From: a virus
Lineage: Duplodnaviria > Caudoviricetes
Virus record (IMG/VR): IMGVR_UViG_3300048021_000073
Coordinates: 1-29,298 of that record
Direction: 5' to 3' (one strand)
Length of the DNA stretch: 29,298 nt
Part shown: one piece after another, positions 25,383-29,298 of the stretch
How the letters are laid out: each line of letters opens with the position of its first letter
How positions within the stretch are numbered: position 1 is the first letter of the stretch
The notes under the pieces: model-generated
Databases searched by the model: none
What the model saw: only the letters and a program-made list of their open reading frames with translations
Told to the model about the DNA's origin: nothing
Position numbers and translations under genes: made by a program

Positions 25383-26327
25383 TTATAACTCCGCATCTGC
25401 TGTTAATTTAGCTACATAATAAAAACCATTACTAGTAGCGTTAGCAGTTGGATTCAAGTGAAATCTTTTTTTGTCAAAATAATTGACAGATACACTACCG
25501 ACAGCGTTTAAACTACCAAGAGTTAAAACTACCGTGGGTGTTGTCCTCATCTCAACAACCCATGTATCAAAAACACCTGGACCATAGTTACCGTTTACAA
25601 AATATCCTGCAAAGAAATCTAATCCGCTATCTATTGGTTGTTGATAGTACCTTTGACACAATCCCAACTCTATCCCGTATGGTCTATGCTCAAACTCAGT
25701 AGCTGACTCACCAACCTCTAGCTGGACTCCTGTGATGTACATTGTGCAGTTTGTATCAACACTCCAAAGCATACTAAACGACAAATCTCCAGCAGCAACT
25801 GTATCTGCGTTAGTAAAAGTATGGGTAAATCTTTGCCAAGTTGTTGTAAGAGAATCAGATGTTGTTACTGTTTGTGTAGTACCACCACCAAGTGCTGAAG
25901 CTGCATATCTATATTGAAAAGTGCCGTTAGCAGTACCTGTGTTTATTTTTGCGTAATATGAAACTGTTAATGTTCCATCTAATCTACCTGCTTTCCCATC
26001 AGCAGGAAGTTCAACTGCGTGTCTAAAATCTTGTCCTGAAGCAGTTCTTGTAAAAGACATTGAATACTCTAATCCTGTGTTTGCAGGAGCATCAGAAGAT
26101 TGTGCTAAAGTTACAGATGTACCGTTAGCATTTACAATAAACCTATCAACAGAAAGATAACCAGTGCTTGATGTTGACCCACTTGTCCCACGCTGTGCAA
26201 TCTGCATCGCACCGTTGATAACTAAGTTCTTACCTACTACGTTATTAGCATTAGGCGTGACTCCATTGATGCTTGTTGTGTTACCAGCATTGGCATCAGT
26301 AATTGCATTGACTGCGATTGTACTCAT
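25383..26327 (-). CDS. Tail fibre / carbohydrate-binding-like protein
   Basis: KNLVINGAMQIAQRGT...ITGVQLEVGESATEFEHRPY..EL.LCQRYY signature of aquatic phage fibre domains. Confidence 0.75.
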   Translation of the reverse strand: MSTIAVNAITDANAGNTTSINGVTPNANNVVGKNLVINGAMQIAQRGTSGSTSSTGYLSVDRFIVNANGTSVTLAQSSDAPANTGLEYSMSFTRTASGQDFRHAVELPADGKAGRLDGTLTVSYYAKINTGTANGTFQYRYAASALGGGTTQTVTTSDSLTTTWQRFTHTFTNADTVAAGDLSFSMLWSVDTNCTMYITGVQLEVGESATEFEHRPYGIELGLCQRYYQQPIDSGLDFFAGYFVNGNYGPGVFDTWVVEMRTTPTVVLTLGSLNAVGSVSVNYFDKKRFHLNPTANATSNGFYYVAKLTADAEL

Positions 26328-26329
26328 AA

Positions 26330-26596
26330 TTAACCTTTTGGATACTTGTCTTTAACTGCTTGAATCTGTGCAGCCATGTCATCAGGAAACACACCAGCGT
26401 GATACAGTGCGTCTAGCTGATCGCCTATTGCTGGATACTCAGATGCTCTACTAAACTTGTATGCGTCAGGATCAACCCAAGCATTAACTGCATCCATGTC
26501 GATGGTAACTAAGTTACCGTTAGCGTCCATTGCACCTGCACTATCATCAACAGATACAACATTAGAATATAGTGCGTAAATAGCTTTATGGTTCAT
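26330..26596 (-). CDS. Tail fibre chaperone-like protein (paralog 2)
   Basis: RASEYPAIGDQLDALY...VKDKYPK; N-terminal half nearly identical to 27189-27452. Confidence 0.7.
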   Translation of the reverse strand: MNHKAIYALYSNVVSVDDSAGAMDANGNLVTIDMDAVNAWVDPDAYKFSRASEYPAIGDQLDALYHAGVFPDDMAAQIQAVKDKYPKG

Positions 26597-26611
26597 CCTG
26601 CTATCTCCATA
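26469..26611. repeat. 143-bp direct repeat, copy 1 (copy 2 at 27325-27467)
   Basis: About 15 mismatches in 143 bp by manual alignment; spans the fibre stop / chaperone start junction. Confidence 0.9.
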
Positions 26612-27192
26612 AGAGTAATTGTGGATATTGTTCTTCCATAATGTGCGGAATTACCTTCAGCTTGACCTCGATTTAAGAAAAAAGGAAAACTAGCTCCATA
26701 ATGAGTCATTGCTTGTATTTTATAAGTAAGCTGCGAAGTAGATGAAGGAGAATCTAAAAAACTAGCGTTAGGATGCCAAAGTACAAAACCGTAAGTATCA
26801 GAAAATACTTGACTAGTAGTTCTTATTATTGCACCGCTAGCATCACCAATTCCAATATCTGTTGAATTTCTGACTATTTTCCAAGAAGAACTATATCCAC
26901 CACCCGGACCAGAAACATTTAAGTTATAAGAAACAAGTATTTTGTTATTAGCAGATGCTGGTGTAATGTTTGCAGACATACCTGTTACGTCTACAAAACT
27001 TGTAGAGCCAGAGCTAAACGTGTCTGTCTTAACAGTTTGCACAACTTGCAACACATTACCAGCACGATCAAGACGATCTAAAGTCCCACCAGCATCAGGT
27101 AACGTCAGAGTTCTATCAGTGTTGCTATTAGGGGCAGCAATGGTAAAGTCACCTGTCCCACTAGCGTTTCCTTGAATTACAACTTTACTCAT
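26593..27192 (-). CDS. Tail fibre-like module (paralog 2)
   Basis: APNSNTDRTLTLPD, VLQVVQ, LDSPSSTSQLTYKIQ, TLMEIAG. Confidence 0.7.
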   Translation of the reverse strand: MSKVVIQGNASGTGDFTIAAPNSNTDRTLTLPDAGGTLDRLDRAGNVLQVVQTVKTDTFSSGSTSFVDVTGMSANITPASANNKILVSYNLNVSGPGGGYSSSWKIVRNSTDIGIGDASGAIIRTTSQVFSDTYGFVLWHPNASFLDSPSSTSQLTYKIQAMTHYGASFPFFLNRGQAEGNSAHYGRTISTITLMEIAG

Positions 27193-27452
27193 GGTTTAGG
27201 ATTCTCCGTTTTAACAGTATCGATAGCATCCTTCCAAGTAGTCGTACCGTTAACACTATCCCAGTATTGCATATCGAGTTGTTCTTGGATTGATGGATAA
27301 ACTCTATCTATCTTATATTGCTCTGGATCAACCCATGCGTTAACTGCATCCATGTCGATAGTAACCGAGTTACCGTTAGCATCTTTTGCTCCAGCAGTAT
27401 CATCGACAGATACAACATTAGAATAAAGTGCGTAAATAGCTTTATGATTCAT
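27189..27452 (-). CDS. Tail fibre chaperone-like protein (paralog 1)
   Basis: YPSIQEQLDMQYWD.VNGTTTWKDAI..VK..NPKP. Confidence 0.7.
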   Translation of the reverse strand: MNHKAIYALYSNVVSVDDTAGAKDANGNSVTIDMDAVNAWVDPEQYKIDRVYPSIQEQLDMQYWDSVNGTTTWKDAIDTVKTENPKP

Positions 27453-27467
27453 CCTGCAATCTCCATA
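27325..27467. repeat. 143-bp direct repeat, copy 2
   Basis: Aligns ungapped to 26469-26611 at offset 856. Confidence 0.9.
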
Positions 27468-27979
27468 GCAATAAGTGAACTAGCTGCTCTCGATTCATAA
27501 CCAGTAGTGTCTCTATCTGCGTGTGTTCTGTTTACATAATTAGTTTGAACGGAATTACCTGCTAATTGAATTTTATAAGTAGTAGCACTTGTTGTAGATG
27601 GTGAGTCTAAATACATAACAGGTGTGGCTACAACACTGTATTGCCCTTCAGCAGAATCGTAGGGAAATTGTGCAGTTATTCGCGGTCTGTTACTTGCTGA
27701 GTCTCCTATATTAATAGCAGTACTATCTCTAACTAATCTTATATAAGTAAAACCTGTATGCGATCCTAACAGTATTTGACCAGTAACAAGTATTTTACTT
27801 GATGTAGATGAGGGCGTAATTGAAAGACTTAAACCCGTAACATCTAAAAAAGTAGTCCCGTAATAACTAAACGTATCTGATTTATGTACAGATACAACTT
27901 GTAACGGAGTTCCTGGCGGCATCCCAGCATCATCTTGTACTAAACTTACGCCTGTTGTTCCATGTAGTTCTAGTGCCAT
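27449..27979 (-). CDS. Tail fibre-like module (paralog 1)
   Basis: LQVVS, ITPSSTSSKILV, LDSPSTTSATTYKIQ, AMEIAG. Confidence 0.7.
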   Translation of the reverse strand: MALELHGTTGVSLVQDDAGMPPGTPLQVVSVHKSDTFSYYGTTFLDVTGLSLSITPSSTSSKILVTGQILLGSHTGFTYIRLVRDSTAINIGDSASNRPRITAQFPYDSAEGQYSVVATPVMYLDSPSTTSATTYKIQLAGNSVQTNYVNRTHADRDTTGYESRAASSLIAMEIAG

Positions 27980-29269
27980 TTAAATAATCACCAACCTTCC
28001 TCCAGTGGGTACAGTAACCGCCACACCAGAATTAATTGTAATTGGACCTGTACTCATTGCGTTAGTGTTTGAAGTTAGTGTGTAGTTAGTAGTGACTGTT
28101 TGTCCGTTCTCATAGAATACTTGGTCAGAACCTCCACCTGTAGCCCCACCACCTCCACCAATAGCACCCCATGCAGAACCATCGTAGCCCTCAAAGGAAG
28201 TATCAGTTGTGTTAAATCGTAAGTTACCTGCGCTGGGTGATCCGTTTCTCTGTGCTGTAGTACCTGATGGCATAACAGCAGAGCCTGTAGCAGATGTCTT
28301 AGATACTGTTGTAGCAGGTTGAGAAGCACTGTCTGCTAATGCTCCTTGTGCAGCAGTAGCGTAGTCTGCTGAATCAAATGCTTTGACTTGTGCTAGGTTA
28401 GTAACCTCGCTGTCCATTAATGCACCAGCAGCAGTAACATTAGCTGTATCTGTTACATCAGCACTGGCTTCAATACCATCTAACTTAGTGTGATCTGCGT
28501 CTGTAAATGCATTAGTGTCTGCGTTACTTTCGTATGCTGTTTTAATCTCTGCAGCACTTTGGTCTGCAGTAGCAGATGCTTCAATACCGTCTAACTTAGT
28601 ATGGTCAGCATCAGTGAATGCGTTAGTGTCTGAGTTACTTTCGTATGCAGTCTTTATCTCAGCAGCAGTTTGATCTGCTGTAGCACTGGCTTCTATACCA
28701 GCTAGTTTAGTTTTTTCAGCAGTAGTATAAGATGCAGTAGTACCTGCAAGAACAGATGAGAATGCTTGTACGTCAGAGCCGATAGCAACACCAAGATTAG
28801 TTCTTGATGTGCTTGCACTAGCTACGTCAGATAAGTTATTAGACGCTAGTAAACCAGTACCGCCTGTAGCAATAGACTGCCACGCAGACCCTGTGTAGGT
28901 CTGCATAATATTAGTTGTCGTATTAAAATATAACGCACCAGCTAAAAGTGCGTCACCGTCATTATCAGTAGACGGGTCAGATGACTTAGCACCTAAGTAC
29001 CTATCATCAAAGTCATCATAAGAAGCTGCAGCAGCAGTAGCAGAACTAGCAGCAGATGTGGCAGAACTAGCAGCACTTGTAGCAGAACTAGCAGATGCTG
29101 TTGCTGAAGATGCAGAAGCTGTAGCAGACGTTGATGCAGAAGTGGCAGAGGACGCAGCAGCAGTAGCAGATGCAGCAGCTTCAGTAGCCTTTGTAGACGC
29201 TACACTAGCTTGATTAGCAGCGTCTGTTGTGGCATCTCCTGGTCCTCCTGCTCCTCTAAATATAGCCAT
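27980..29269 (-). CDS. Tail fibre protein (429 aa)
   Basis: Ala/Ser/Thr low-complexity coil, FDDRYLGAK, 37-aa tandem repeats, PSGTTAQR...RFNT...FEGY, C-terminal FYENGQTVTTNY...GPITI. Confidence 0.8.
   Translation of the reverse strand: MAIFRGAGGPGDATTDAANQASVASTKATEAAASATAAASSATSASTSATASASSATASASSATSAASSATSAASSATAAAASYDDFDDRYLGAKSSDPSTDNDGDALLAGALYFNTTTNIMQTYTGSAWQSIATGGTGLLASNNLSDVASASTSRTNLGVAIGSDVQAFSSVLAGTTASYTTAEKTKLAGIEASATADQTAAEIKTAYESNSDTNAFTDADHTKLDGIEASATADQSAAEIKTAYESNADTNAFTDADHTKLDGIEASADVTDTANVTAAGALMDSEVTNLAQVKAFDSADYATAAQGALADSASQPATTVSKTSATGSAVMPSGTTAQRNGSPSAGNLRFNTTDTSFEGYDGSAWGAIGGGGGATGGGSDQVFYENGQTVTTNYTLTSNTNAMSTGPITINSGVAVTVPTGGRLVII
28460..28711. repeat. 111-bp tandem coding repeat (~2.3 copies)
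   Basis: Units start at 28460, 28571 and 28682; encode TKLDGIEASATADQxAAEIKTAYESNxDTNAFTDADH. Confidence 0.9.
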
Positions 29270-29298
29270 TATACGCCCTTACTTAGTTGCAATGTACA

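Noticed and set aside
26469-27467. Diversity-generating retroelement TR/VR pair
   Set aside because: No reverse transcriptase in the window; mismatches are mostly synonymous and not adenine-specific; both copies are coding.
1-29298. tRNA genes, integrase/att sites, phage RNA polymerase with repeated T7-type promoters
   Set aside because: None recognisable by eye; intergenic space is minimal and I found no repeated ~20-bp promoter motif. A tRNAscan or motif search was not run.

Overview
A ~29 kb piece of a lytic, T7-supergroup-like podovirus genome with two convergent arms, resembling SIO1/Zobellviridae-type aquatic phages. No phage RNA polymerase is present in the window. The + arm (1-11991) carries a structured non-coding leader, small early genes (a GP88-like Fe-S protein, an orphan C5-cytosine methyltransferase-like gene), an AT-rich putative origin, T7-type primase-helicase, family A DNA polymerase, SSB-like protein, 5'-3' exonuclease, resolvase-like nuclease, metallophosphoesterase and a class II (B12) ribonucleotide reductase. 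The - arm (11988-29298) carries tail fibre modules, lysis candidates (u-spanin, holin-like genes, LysM-lysozyme), small basic proteins, tail adaptor/nozzle and ejection proteins. Capsid, portal and terminase genes are not in the window. Most notable: (1) three consecutive ejection-type proteins whose only cysteines sit at the gene junctions (C-term/N-term pairs), suggesting a split protein re-linked head-to-tail; (2) a complete type I hammerhead ribozyme whose core contains the stop codon of the first early gene; (3) an apparent ATC start codon for the resolvase gene. All family assignments come from motif recognition by eye, not from database searches.
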